Source: an uncultured Christensenella sp. (GTDB lineage Bacteria > Bacillota > Clostridia > Christensenellales > UBA3700). Taken from it: DNA of 64,000 bases. Numbering within the stretch: position 1 is the first letter of the stretch; the number at the start of each line of letters is the position of its first letter. A model generated the notes under the pieces. It did not search any database. It had not been told where the DNA came from and saw nothing but the letters and a program-made list of their open reading frames with translations. The stretch is taken from assembly GCA_910577845.1 (NCBI GenBank), contig CAJTNA010000007.1, positions 2,968-66,967 on the forward strand, in the 5' to 3' direction. The translations under genes and the position numbers were made by a program. Positions 10,229-20,290 of the stretch are shown here, in pieces.

Positions 10229-11248
10229 ATGAAAATTTTGGTTACTGGTGGTGCTGGTTTTATTGGTGGAAATTTTGTGCATTATATGCTAAAAAAATAT
10301 CCAAATTATGAAATATTTTGTTTAGATAAGTTGACTTATGCAGGTAACTTGTCTACACTTGAGAGTGTTATAGATAATCCTAAATTCACTTTTTGCAAAG
10401 GAGATATTGCGGATTCTAAATATATTGACAAATTATTTAGTGAGAATAAGTTTGATATTGTTGTTAATTTTGCTGCGGAAAGTCATGTGGACAGAAGCAT
10501 AGAAAATCCACAAATATTTTTACACACTAATGTTATAGGTACAGGGGTTTTAATGGACGCTTGTAGAAAATATGGTAATATTAGGTATCATCAAGTGTCA
10601 ACAGATGAAGTTTATGGTGATTTGCCTTTAGATAGACCAGATTTGTTCTTTACAGAGGAAACACCAATACACACATCAAGTCCTTATAGCAGTTCAAAAG
10701 CTGGGGCAGATTTGTTAGTTTTGGCTTATTATAGAACTTTCGGTTTGCCAGTTACAATTTCTAGATGTAGTAACAATTATGGACCATATCATTTCCCTGA
10801 AAAGTTAATTCCGCTTATGATTTCAAGAGCCCTTGCAAATGAATCTTTGCCAGTATATGGTAATGGTTTAAATGTTCGTGATTGGCTTTATGTTGAAGAC
10901 CATTGCCGTGCAATAGACTTAATTATCCATAAAGGTAAAATCGGAGAAGTTTACAATGTTGGTGGACATAATGAAAAATCTAATATTGATATAGTAAAAA
11001 CTATATTAAAATTACTTGGAAAGAATGAGGATTTAATTACTTATGTTGCTGATAGAAAAGGCCACGATATGAGATATGCCATTGACCCAACAAAAATTCA
11101 CAATGACTTGGGCTGGTTACCAGAAACTAAATTTGAAGATGGTATCAAAAAAACAATTGATTGGTACTTGAACAATCAAAAATGGTGGAAAGATATTATA
11201 AGCGGTGAATATAAAGATTACTATAGTAAAATGTATGGAAATAAATAA
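10229..11248 (+). CDS. rfbB: dTDP-glucose 4,6-dehydratase
   Basis: VTGGAGFIGGNF, YSSSKAGADL (YxxxK) and full-length RmlB pattern. Confidence 0.95.
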   Translation: MKILVTGGAGFIGGNFVHYMLKKYPNYEIFCLDKLTYAGNLSTLESVIDNPKFTFCKGDIADSKYIDKLFSENKFDIVVNFAAESHVDRSIENPQIFLHTNVIGTGVLMDACRKYGNIRYHQVSTDEVYGDLPLDRPDLFFTEETPIHTSSPYSSSKAGADLLVLAYYRTFGLPVTISRCSNNYGPYHFPEKLIPLMISRALANESLPVYGNGLNVRDWLYVEDHCRAIDLIIHKGKIGEVYNVGGHNEKSNIDIVKTILKLLGKNEDLITYVADRKGHDMRYAIDPTKIHNDLGWLPETKFEDGIKKTIDWYLNNQKWWKDIISGEYKDYYSKMYGNK

Positions 11249-11370
11249 TAAAGACAAAATTTAATAGTTTTTATGTCAAAAATAATTTTTGAAAATTATA
11301 GCCAATAATTATAATTTATATTAAATTGAAATAAATAGCATAAAGTTTAAAATATAGAGCGAGGATTAAA

Positions 11371-12420
11371 ATGAGTATTTTTAAAGGTAAGACATTGTTG
11401 ATAACAGGGGGAACTGGTAGTTTTGGTAATGCTGTGTTGAACAGATTTTTAACTAGTGATATAGGTGAGATTAGGATTTTTTCTCGAGATGAATTAAAAC
11501 AAGATAATATGCGTCATGAATATCAAGCAAAATATCCTAAATATTATGATAAACTAAAATTTTATATTGGAGATGTAAGAGATATTAATAGCGTGCGTAA
11601 TGCTATGTATGGTGTTGACTATATTTTCCACGCTGCTGCATTAAAGCAGGTGCCTAGTTGTGAATTTTTCCCTATTGAAGCAGTTAAAACTAATGTTTTA
11701 GGTACTGAAAATGTGCTTACTGCAGCAATTGAAGCAGGTGTTAAAAGAATTATTTGTTTATCAACAGATAAGGCTGCTTATCCTGTTAATGCGATGGGGA
11801 CATCTAAAGCTATGATGGAAAAAGTAATTGTTGCAAAATCAAGAACAGTTGACCCAAATAAAACAACTATTTGTTGTACACGATATGGTAATGTAATGTG
11901 CAGTCGTGGCAGTGTTATTCCATTGTTTATTAGTCAAATACGTGATGGTAAACAATTAACTGTTACAGAGCCTACTATGACTAGATTTATTATGAGTTTA
12001 GAGGAAGCTGTTGATTTAGTCTTATTTGCTTTTGAAAATGGTGAGAGTGGTGATATTCTAGTACAAAAAGCCCCAGCTTGTACAATAGAGGTTTTGACTA
12101 AAGCTGTTTGTAAATTATGGAATACAAATGATGATATTAAAGTTATTGGTATTCGTCACGGAGAAAAAATGTACGAGACTTTGCTTACAAATGAAGAATG
12201 TAGTCACGCAATTGATATGGGGAATTTCTATCGCGTTCCTTGTGATAAACGTAGCCTTAACTATGATAATTATTTTAAAAATGGCAATATAGAAAGGTGT
12301 AAATTGACTGAATTTAATTCAAACAACACTAAATTGCTTGATATTGATGCTGTAGCTGAAAAAATATATTCTCTTGATTATATCAAAGCTGAATTGGCTA
12401 AGGATGGTATTAAAAGATGA
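11371..12420 (+). CDS. fnlA: UDP-N-acetylglucosamine 4,6-dehydratase/5-epimerase (FnlA/CapE type)
   Basis: LITGGTGSFGNA and the typical CapE/FnlA length (349 aa). It is followed by FnlB and FnlC homologues in canonical order. Confidence 0.85.
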   Translation: MSIFKGKTLLITGGTGSFGNAVLNRFLTSDIGEIRIFSRDELKQDNMRHEYQAKYPKYYDKLKFYIGDVRDINSVRNAMYGVDYIFHAAALKQVPSCEFFPIEAVKTNVLGTENVLTAAIEAGVKRIICLSTDKAAYPVNAMGTSKAMMEKVIVAKSRTVDPNKTTICCTRYGNVMCSRGSVIPLFISQIRDGKQLTVTEPTMTRFIMSLEEAVDLVLFAFENGESGDILVQKAPACTIEVLTKAVCKLWNTNDDIKVIGIRHGEKMYETLLTNEECSHAIDMGNFYRVPCDKRSLNYDNYFKNGNIERCKLTEFNSNNTKLLDIDAVAEKIYSLDYIKAELAKDGIKR

Positions 12421-13559
12421 AGTTGCTTGTTACTGGTGCCAAAGGTTTTGTAGGTAGAAATCTTGTTGAAACTCTTAAAACTATTCGTGATGGTAAGTGC
12501 AAAAAGTTTTCTTTCCTAAATAATCTTGAAATTTATGAGTGTGATATTGATACAACTGAATCAGAGTTGGATAGATATACTGCAAATTGTGATTTTGTAT
12601 TTCATCTTGCTGGTGTAAACAGACCTGAAAATATTGAAGAATTTATGCAAGGTAATTTTGGTTTTACTACTACTTTACTGGATAAGTTAAAGAAGTCTAA
12701 CAATAAAAGCCCTATATTAATGAGTAGTTCTATCCAAGCTTGTCTTGATAATGAATATGGAAAAAGCAAAAAAGCGGGTGAAGATTATTTAATTCAATAT
12801 GGTATAGATAATAATGTTAAAACATATGTTTATAGATTGCCGAATGTGTTTGGTAAATGGTGTAAGCCAAACTATAATAGTGCGGTTGCGACTTTTTGTA
12901 ATAATATTGCTAAAAATTTGCCTATTAAAGTAAATAATCGTGAAACAGAGCTTACTTTGGTTTACATTGATGATGTTGTAAATAGCTTTATTTTAGCAGT
13001 AAATAATCAAATTGAAAAAGTAGATGGATATTGTAAAGTGCCAGTTGAGCATAAGGTAACTTTAGGGTATATTGTAGATAATCTATATAGCTTTAAAACA
13101 GGCCGTGCCAGTTTGGAAATATCTGATATGAGTAATCCATTTATTAAAAAGTTGTATGCAACATATTTAAGTTATTTGGATGAAAATGATTTTGCATATG
13201 ATTTGGTGTCACATTCAGATTATCGTGGTTCATTTACAGAATTTATTCATACAATTAACAATGGACAAGTTAGTATAAATGTATCTAAACCACATATTAT
13301 CAAAGGTCAACATTGGCATCATACAAAAAATGAGAAATTTATTGTAGTGAGTGGTAACGGCGTTATACGTTTTAGAAAAATAGGCACTGATAAAGTAATA
13401 GAGTATTTTGTTAGTGGTGATAAATTACAAGTAGTGGATATACCTACAGGTTATACGCATAACATTGAGAATCTAGGTGATACAGATATGGTTACTATTA
13501 TGTGGTGTAATGAAATTTTTGATGCAGAAAATCCAGATACGTATTTTGAGGAGGTATAA
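12417..13559 (+). CDS. fnlB: UDP-2-acetamido-2,6-dideoxy-hexulose reductase/epimerase (FnlB/CapF type, SDR plus C-terminal cupin)
   Basis: N-terminal Rossmann fold (LVTGAKGFVGRNL) plus C-terminal cupin (GQHWHHTKNEKF). ATGA overlap with fnlA. Confidence 0.8.
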   Translation: MKLLVTGAKGFVGRNLVETLKTIRDGKCKKFSFLNNLEIYECDIDTTESELDRYTANCDFVFHLAGVNRPENIEEFMQGNFGFTTTLLDKLKKSNNKSPILMSSSIQACLDNEYGKSKKAGEDYLIQYGIDNNVKTYVYRLPNVFGKWCKPNYNSAVATFCNNIAKNLPIKVNNRETELTLVYIDDVVNSFILAVNNQIEKVDGYCKVPVEHKVTLGYIVDNLYSFKTGRASLEISDMSNPFIKKLYATYLSYLDENDFAYDLVSHSDYRGSFTEFIHTINNGQVSINVSKPHIIKGQHWHHTKNEKFIVVSGNGVIRFRKIGTDKVIEYFVSGDKLQVVDIPTGYTHNIENLGDTDMVTIMWCNEIFDAENPDTYFEEV

Positions 13560-14702
13560 ATGAGTAAGCTAAAATTGATGACAATTATTGGAACAAGACC
13601 AGAAATTATTCGTCTTGCAGCTGTAATAAAAAAATGTGACAAATATTTTGACCAAATACTCGTTCATACTGGTCAAAACTATGATTATGAATTAAATCAA
13701 GTTTTTTTTGAAGACTTAGGACTGCGTGAACCAAATTTTTATTTGAGTGCTGTAGGAAAGGACTTAGGTGAAACAATTGGTAACATTATATCTAAATCAT
13801 ATAGCTTAATGGTGGAGCAAAAACCTGATGCTTTGTTAATTTTAGGTGATACAAATTCTTGTTTGTCAGCAATCTCAGCAAAAAGGTTGCATATACCAAT
13901 TTTTCATATGGAAGCAGGCAATAGATGTTTTGATGAATGCTTACCAGAGGAAACTAATAGAAGAATAGTTGACCACATTGCAGATGTTAATATGTGTTAT
14001 AGCGAACACGCTAGACGTTATTTAAATTATGAAGGCACAGCAAAGGAACGTACTTATGTTACTGGTTCGCCTATGGCAGAGGTGTTGAGAGCAAATCTTG
14101 ATAAGATTAAAACTAGCAATATTTTGAAAAAATTAGGTCTTGAAAAGGGTAAATATATTTTATTATCTGCTCACAGAGAGGAGAATATTGATACAGAAAC
14201 AAACTTTTTCAGTTTGATGACTGCAGTTAATGCTATGGCAGAAAAATATAATATGCCAATTTTATACTCTTGTCATCCAAGAAGTGCAAAATTTATTGAA
14301 AAGCGTGCATTTAAATTTGATAAAAGAGTAATACAAAATAAACCATTAGGTTTTCACGATTACAATAATTTGCAGATGAATGCATTTGCTGTTGTGTCTG
14401 ATAGTGGAACTTTGCCAGAGGAAAGTAGCTTTTTCTTGAGTATAGGTAATCCTATCCCAGCAGTATGTATAAGAACATCAACTGAACGCCCTGAGGCTAT
14501 TGATAAAGGTAATTTTATCTTGGCGGGAATTTCTACCGAGCAAGTCCTACAAGCAGTTGATACAGCAGTAATGATGAATAGTAATGGTGATTTAGGAATA
14601 CCAGTTCCAAATTATACAGATGAAAATGTTTCAGATAAAGTTGTAAAAATAATTCAAAGTTATGTTGGTGTTGTAAATAAAATGGTTTGGAGAAAATATT
14701 GA
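13560..14702 (+). CDS. fnlC: UDP-N-acetylglucosamine 2-epimerase family (FnlC/CapG type)
   Basis: IIGTRPEIIRL motif and WecB-family length. Its start abuts the fnlB stop. Confidence 0.85.
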   Translation: MSKLKLMTIIGTRPEIIRLAAVIKKCDKYFDQILVHTGQNYDYELNQVFFEDLGLREPNFYLSAVGKDLGETIGNIISKSYSLMVEQKPDALLILGDTNSCLSAISAKRLHIPIFHMEAGNRCFDECLPEETNRRIVDHIADVNMCYSEHARRYLNYEGTAKERTYVTGSPMAEVLRANLDKIKTSNILKKLGLEKGKYILLSAHREENIDTETNFFSLMTAVNAMAEKYNMPILYSCHPRSAKFIEKRAFKFDKRVIQNKPLGFHDYNNLQMNAFAVVSDSGTLPEESSFFLSIGNPIPAVCIRTSTERPEAIDKGNFILAGISTEQVLQAVDTAVMMNSNGDLGIPVPNYTDENVSDKVVKIIQSYVGVVNKMVWRKY

Positions 14703-14766
14703 TATTAATTTAAAACTTATAATTTTAATAACAGATTCACAACTTTAATATTTGGAGGATAGTTAT

Positions 14767-15747
14767 ATGATTCAAGGGCTCATATCAATTATAGTACCGA
14801 TTTATAGGGCAGAAAAGACATTGAAAAAATGTGTAGATAGCATATTATCACAAACATATCAAAATATTGAAATAATATTAGTAGATGATGGAAGTCCAGA
14901 TAATTGCCCTTATATATGTGATAATTATGCTAAAGAAGATGATAGAATCAGAATTATACATAAGGAAAATAGTGGAGTATCAGATTCAAGAAATGATGGT
15001 ATAAGAATAGCCAATGGTGAGTATATAGGATTTGTAGATAGTGATGACTTTATTGAACCTAATATGTTTGAGACGATGTATAAATTAGCAGTGCAAAATG
15101 ATGTTAAGATTGTTGAATGTGATTATAATATTTACTCTATCACATACTCTAATTTGAATAAAACAAATGATAATGTCAGATTAGGTTTAATTACTGGGAA
15201 AGAATATTTTAATTTGTATTTTAAAAATGAAAATCAGATGAATGTATCACCATGGATACATTTATGGCATAGTTCTATATTTGAGAAACACACTTTCCAA
15301 AAAGGTATACTAGCGGAAGATTTGTTGTTTTTATTTCAAGTTCTTGCTGATAATTATTCAGTATTTAAAAGTGACGTTTGTGTCTATAATTATTATTTAA
15401 GCGAAAATAGTATAACTAGAAGTTCTTTTGGACAATTTGATATTGATAATATGTTAGTCTTAATTAAAATACATGATATTGTTAAAAAAAATGGCTGGAA
15501 TGATGTTTTGGTAATAATCTATAGCTTTATCGCTTGCAGATATTATAGTTATTTAGTAGCATTGACAAAATATAATAAAAATGATATAATTATAAATGAA
15601 ATAAAAAAGTTTTATAAAAATAATAGACAAAAAATTAAAAATTCCAAAATCAGAAGGAGGGAAAAGTTTATTTATAAAATTAATATTATAGCACCTAAAA
15701 TATTATATTGTGTTGTTAAGAATAGAAGCAAAAAATATAAGGTGTGA
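14767..15747 (+). CDS. Glycosyltransferase family 2
   Basis: ISIIVPIYRAEKTL, VDDGSPD and FVDSDD motifs. ATG at 14767 is preceded by GGAGG and preferred over the TTG at 14752. Confidence 0.85.
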   Translation: MIQGLISIIVPIYRAEKTLKKCVDSILSQTYQNIEIILVDDGSPDNCPYICDNYAKEDDRIRIIHKENSGVSDSRNDGIRIANGEYIGFVDSDDFIEPNMFETMYKLAVQNDVKIVECDYNIYSITYSNLNKTNDNVRLGLITGKEYFNLYFKNENQMNVSPWIHLWHSSIFEKHTFQKGILAEDLLFLFQVLADNYSVFKSDVCVYNYYLSENSITRSSFGQFDIDNMLVLIKIHDIVKKNGWNDVLVIIYSFIACRYYSYLVALTKYNKNDIIINEIKKFYKNNRQKIKNSKIRRREKFIYKINIIAPKILYCVVKNRSKKYKV

Positions 15748-15780
15748 TGTCTAATAAATAACACTTGAATTTAGGAGAAA

Positions 15781-16668
15781 ATGGAATTAAATAAAAAATT
15801 AACTATTATGGTCTCTAGTTGCGATAACTATGAAGATTTGTGGTATCCTTTTTTTAAAATGTTTGATAAATATGCTGGAGAATTGAAAAATTGTAGAATT
15901 ATTTTGAATACTGAATGCAAGAATTATTCTTATAAAAAACTGGATATTAAGACTTTTAGTTTTTATAATGATATAGTTCCATGGGGACAGAGATTTAGAA
16001 AACATTTAGAACAAATTAGTACAGAATATGTTTTAGTTCTGTTGGATGATTTTTTTATTAGAAATGATGTTAATATTGAATTAATTAAAAAATGTCTTAG
16101 CTATATGGAAAATGATTGCAATATAGCCTGCTTTAATTTTGAACCATTAGATGGTGCTGATATTGAAAGTGATGATTACAAAGAATTTTGTTCGCCACGG
16201 CCTAGAATTGATTATCAAACGAATGCACAAGCAGCAATTTGGAGAGTAAAAGATTTGTATAATAGTATGTTGGATATTGAATCTCCTTGGGAATGGGAAA
16301 TATATGGAAATATTAGGAATCAATATACAATAAAAAATAAATTTTATTTTTTAAATTCTAAATTTGCTAGACCTATTGATTATGGTTTCAACAAAGAAGG
16401 TATGGGCGTTTTTAGAGGTCAATGGGTTTTAGATTCTGTTGAACACTTGTTTAAAGAAAATGATATTACAATTGATTATTCTATAAGAGGTGTTTATTGT
16501 AAAAGCAAAAATGATTTTAAAAGTTCATTTTTATATAAAATTTTGTTTAAGTTATCTTATCCATTTAGAAAAAAGAAATTGGATCTTATTCAAGCTAACT
16601 ATATAAAACAATATGAGGAAAAGTATAAATTATTAGTGGCACCATATATAGGTGATGACAATGAGTAA
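15781..16668 (+). CDS. Hypothetical protein, possible GT-A-like transferase of unrecognised family
   Basis: 295 aa and soluble, with a DD motif after a hydrophobic strand (VLVLLDDFF). Embedded between a GT2 gene and wzx. I cannot assign a family. Confidence 0.3.
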   Translation: MELNKKLTIMVSSCDNYEDLWYPFFKMFDKYAGELKNCRIILNTECKNYSYKKLDIKTFSFYNDIVPWGQRFRKHLEQISTEYVLVLLDDFFIRNDVNIELIKKCLSYMENDCNIACFNFEPLDGADIESDDYKEFCSPRPRIDYQTNAQAAIWRVKDLYNSMLDIESPWEWEIYGNIRNQYTIKNKFYFLNSKFARPIDYGFNKEGMGVFRGQWVLDSVEHLFKENDITIDYSIRGVYCKSKNDFKSSFLYKILFKLSYPFRKKKLDLIQANYIKQYEEKYKLLVAPYIGDDNE

Positions 16669-18199
16669 AGGCAGAACAAGAAATGCAGTAATTAATGTTG
16701 CTGTAAATTTAACAAGCAAAGTATTGCAATTATTGTTATCATTTGTTTTTAGAACTTTATTAATTAGATATGCTGGTAATGAGATATTGGGCTTGGATGG
16801 TTTGTTTAGTAGCATTGTTACAGTACTCAATATGGCTGATTTGGGTATTGTTACAGCTGTAATTTATTTTTTATATCGCCCAATAGTAGAATGCGATTAT
16901 GAAAAAATAGCTGCTACAATGAACTTTTTTCAAAAGTTTTATATAAGCGTAGGCGTTTTTGTTTTATCCGTTGGTTGTGCGTTAATACCTATATTGCCTT
17001 TTTTAGTTAAATTGCCAGAAAATTCAAATGTTAATATAAATTTGATTTATGTGTTGACCATTATTAATACTGCTACATCTTATTTTTTGTCAAGCAGAAG
17101 AATAATTTTTGAAGCAAATCAAGAATTGTACAGATTGACTTTAATTGACTTTATTGTTCAAGTTGCTCTTCAAATTACACAAATAATTATAATAGTTACT
17201 ATAAAAAATTATATTGCAATTTTAATAGCAAGAATTGTTTATCAAGTTTTAACCAATATTTTCATATGGATATATGCATTAAAAAAATATCCTTGGTTAA
17301 AAAATAAAAGTAAGTTGTCAAAGGATTGTAAGAAAACATTATTAACGAATACTTCAGCTGTTATGGTTCATAAAGTTGGAGGTGTACTAGTAACAGGTAC
17401 AGATAATATTATAATCTCATCTTTCATAAGCACATTACTTGTTGGTTTTTATTCTAACTATAATCTAATTATATCTAGTTTATCAACTATAGCTATTGCA
17501 ATTATAACAGTATTAACGCCATCTATAGGAAATCTTAAAGAATCTAGTAAAGATATCGAACATCATTATAAGATATTTAAAAAAATAAATTCATTATCTT
17601 ATATTATGATTGCTTTTATGTCTATATGTTTATTCAATTTAATTAATCCATTTATTCAAATTTGGCTAGGGAAAGAATATTTGTTTGATACGAATGTTGT
17701 GTTGGTTTTATGTGTGAATTTTTATATCTCATTAATGAGATATCCTATTGGGGCTTTTGCTACAGCAGGTGGCTATTTTAAACAAATGACAATCAAACCT
17801 ATAGCTGAAAGTATAATAAATTTAGTTGTTTCATTGTCATTGGTTAATTATATAGGCATTTTAGGTGTTTTTTTAGGAACTACGGTTAGCTTGGTTTTGG
17901 GGAGTTTATGGGTGGACCCAGTAATTGTATATAAAAAGTGGTTTAAAAAGAATAGTTTGTTGTTCTTTATAAACTATATAATGCAATTTATAGTTCTTGT
18001 TGTTCTTTCTACTATAATATATTATATCAATAAATTTATTACTTTTGAAAATGAAATTGGTTCGTTTGTATGCAAAATGGTAATTGCAATTATTATATCA
18101 ATTTTAGGATTATTTGCATATTCATTGATTGTTCCTGAATTTAGAGAAACTTTAGTAGCTGGAAAACGAAAAATCAAAAAAGTTTTTAGAAAAAAATAA
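16661..18199 (+). CDS. wzx: Wzx-type polysaccharide flippase (MOP superfamily)
   Basis: About 512 aa with many TM segments and the typical polysaccharide-transporter N-terminus. The start is ambiguous (GTG 16652, ATG 16655, ATG 16661). Confidence 0.75.
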   Translation: MSKGRTRNAVINVAVNLTSKVLQLLLSFVFRTLLIRYAGNEILGLDGLFSSIVTVLNMADLGIVTAVIYFLYRPIVECDYEKIAATMNFFQKFYISVGVFVLSVGCALIPILPFLVKLPENSNVNINLIYVLTIINTATSYFLSSRRIIFEANQELYRLTLIDFIVQVALQITQIIIIVTIKNYIAILIARIVYQVLTNIFIWIYALKKYPWLKNKSKLSKDCKKTLLTNTSAVMVHKVGGVLVTGTDNIIISSFISTLLVGFYSNYNLIISSLSTIAIAIITVLTPSIGNLKESSKDIEHHYKIFKKINSLSYIMIAFMSICLFNLINPFIQIWLGKEYLFDTNVVLVLCVNFYISLMRYPIGAFATAGGYFKQMTIKPIAESIINLVVSLSLVNYIGILGVFLGTTVSLVLGSLWVDPVIVYKKWFKKNSLLFFINYIMQFIVLVVLSTIIYYINKFITFENEIGSFVCKMVIAIIISILGLFAYSLIVPEFRETLVAGKRKIKKVFRKK

Positions 18200-18230
18200 A
18201 ATTATGTTCAAATATATATCTTTGATATTA

Positions 18231-18263
18231 AAAAAATACTCACGATATTCCTGAGTATTTTTT
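18231..18263. terminator. Bidirectional rho-independent terminator between convergent genes
   Basis: Perfect 12-bp stem (aaaaaatactca / tgagtatttttt) with a 9-nt loop. The A-run on one side and T-run on the other allow function on both strands. Confidence 0.75.
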
Positions 18264-18298
18264 GTTATAATGCTCAATTTTGGGGAAATAGTCTTATA

Positions 18299-19246
18299 TT
18301 ACCAAACATTATTTATTACTTTACCAGTAATAAAACCATTTATGTTGGCGTCCATTATTTGCATTAGTCTGCCACGAGCTTCAACTGTTGCCCAAGCTAG
18401 GTGAGGGGTGATAAAGGCATTTTTGCAACTGATTAATGGATTGTTATGTTCTGGCGGTTCTTTTGTAAGTACGTCACCACCATATGCAAGTACTTTGCCG
18501 TTACTTAGTTGCTCAGCTAAGTCTTTTTCATTTACAAGACCGCCTCTTGCGGTGTTAATAATAATTACATTATCTTTCATTTTGCTAATTGTTTCTTTGC
18601 AAATGAGTTTATCACTTTGAGCATTTAGAGGACAGTGTAAAGAGATAATGTCACTATTTTTTAACAAATAGTCAAGTGATACTATTTCTGCATTCGGGTC
18701 AGTGCCACCACTTCTGCGATAGCCAAGTACTTTCATACCAAAGGCTTTTGCGATTACAGCAACTTGTTTTGCTATATCACCATAGCCGATAAGTCCAATT
18801 GTTTTATTCATAAGCTCTATTTGTTTGGTTTTATTGTAACAAAAATCTGGACAATTCGCCCAATCTCCCGCCTTGACACTATCATTATGTAAGCCGACTT
18901 GATTAGTTATTTCAAGCAATAAAGCAATGGTGAATTGTGCAACAGAAGGAGAAGAATATTTTGGAATATTACAAACGTAAATGCCTCTTTCTTTTGCAGT
19001 TTGTATATCTATTGAATTGTATCCAGTAGCAAGCATTGCTATCATTTTCAATTTAGGTAAATTATCCAAAATGAGTTTATCTATTATAATTTTATTTGCA
19101 AGTATAATATCTGCATCTTTTGCACGTTCCACAATTAAATTATAAGGTGTACGAGGGTATAATACCACTTCACCATATTTTTTCAAAAAGTCATAAGTAT
19201 AATCCCCACGTGTTGCTGGGTAGCCATCTAAAATAACAATTTTCAT
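18299..19246 (-). CDS. D-isomer-specific 2-hydroxyacid dehydrogenase (glycerate dehydrogenase-like)
   Basis: GLIGYGDIAKQ (GxGxxG), ARGGLV and the ITPHLAW catalytic His region. 315 aa. Confidence 0.85.
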   Translation of the reverse strand: MKIVILDGYPATRGDYTYDFLKKYGEVVLYPRTPYNLIVERAKDADIILANKIIIDKLILDNLPKLKMIAMLATGYNSIDIQTAKERGIYVCNIPKYSSPSVAQFTIALLLEITNQVGLHNDSVKAGDWANCPDFCYNKTKQIELMNKTIGLIGYGDIAKQVAVIAKAFGMKVLGYRRSGGTDPNAEIVSLDYLLKNSDIISLHCPLNAQSDKLICKETISKMKDNVIIINTARGGLVNEKDLAEQLSNGKVLAYGGDVLTKEPPEHNNPLISCKNAFITPHLAWATVEARGRLMQIMDANINGFITGKVINNVW

Positions 19247-19561
19247 AAGCTTTCCTTAGTAATAATATTTTCTTAATTATTGTAACATAAACTTTAAAAA
19301 GTGTCCACATATTTTAGCCTTTTTATTCAATTTACTTTTACACAATTGATTTTTTGTTCTTGTTGTGATAAAATAAATATATTAGCATATGTGTCAAAAG
19401 GAATACAATTACTTAAAGATGTAGTAATTTGAAAATGAATAATGTGTTTGTTGTTGCTAATTTATTGTTTAATATTTAGTAAATATTTTGCAAATTGTTT
19501 GTAATAATTACAAAATTTTATCTTGAAATTAAATTATATTAATTATTAAAGGAATAATAAT

Positions 19562-20242
19562 ATGCGTCTTAGAAAGAAAAAACATTTAGAGGAAAGAATG
19601 TCAAATTGTGGTGACATTCTCTTAATTAATGATAAAAGCGATTTTTATAAATTAAAAGAAGTTGATAGATATAAATTTATTGATACTCAAAAGGTATTTG
19701 GGAATAGCAATCCAATACATTTGGAAGTCGGTTGTGGCAAAGGAGGTTTTATTACCCAAATGGCAAGCTTGCACCCTGAAATTAACTTTTTGGCGGTTGA
19801 AAAGGTTGGCAACGTTTTAATTTGTGCAATGGAGCAAGCGATTAAATTAGGACTTGATAATGTCAATTTTTTAAATAGTGATGCCTCAAATCTTTCATAT
19901 TACATTAAAGAGAAAAGTATAACAAGGCTTTATCTTAATTTTTCTTGCCCTTGGCCAAAGAAAAAGTATGCGAATCAACGATTGACAAATCCAAGATTTT
20001 TAAAAATTTATAAGCAAATTTTATGTGATGATGCGGATATTATTCAAAAGACTGATAGTCCGTTAATGTTTGAGTATTCAGTAGAGCAATTGTCTCAAAA
20101 TGGTTTTGGTTTGTATGATGTAACTTGTGATTTACATAATAGTTCAATTGATAATGAAGTGATGACTGAATATGAAAAATACTTTACTGGTATAGGTAAG
20201 CCAATCTATAGATTACAAGCAAAGTTGAATAAAAATATTTGA
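19562..20242 (+). CDS. trmB: tRNA (guanine46-N7)-methyltransferase
   Basis: LEVGCGKGGF SAM-binding motif, with length and pattern typical of TrmB. Confidence 0.85.
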   Translation: MRLRKKKHLEERMSNCGDILLINDKSDFYKLKEVDRYKFIDTQKVFGNSNPIHLEVGCGKGGFITQMASLHPEINFLAVEKVGNVLICAMEQAIKLGLDNVNFLNSDASNLSYYIKEKSITRLYLNFSCPWPKKKYANQRLTNPRFLKIYKQILCDDADIIQKTDSPLMFEYSVEQLSQNGFGLYDVTCDLHNSSIDNEVMTEYEKYFTGIGKPIYRLQAKLNKNI

Positions 20243-20290
20243 GCAAGATAACTTGATTAGGCGGAATAGTACCGATTTTTGAAAGGTTTT

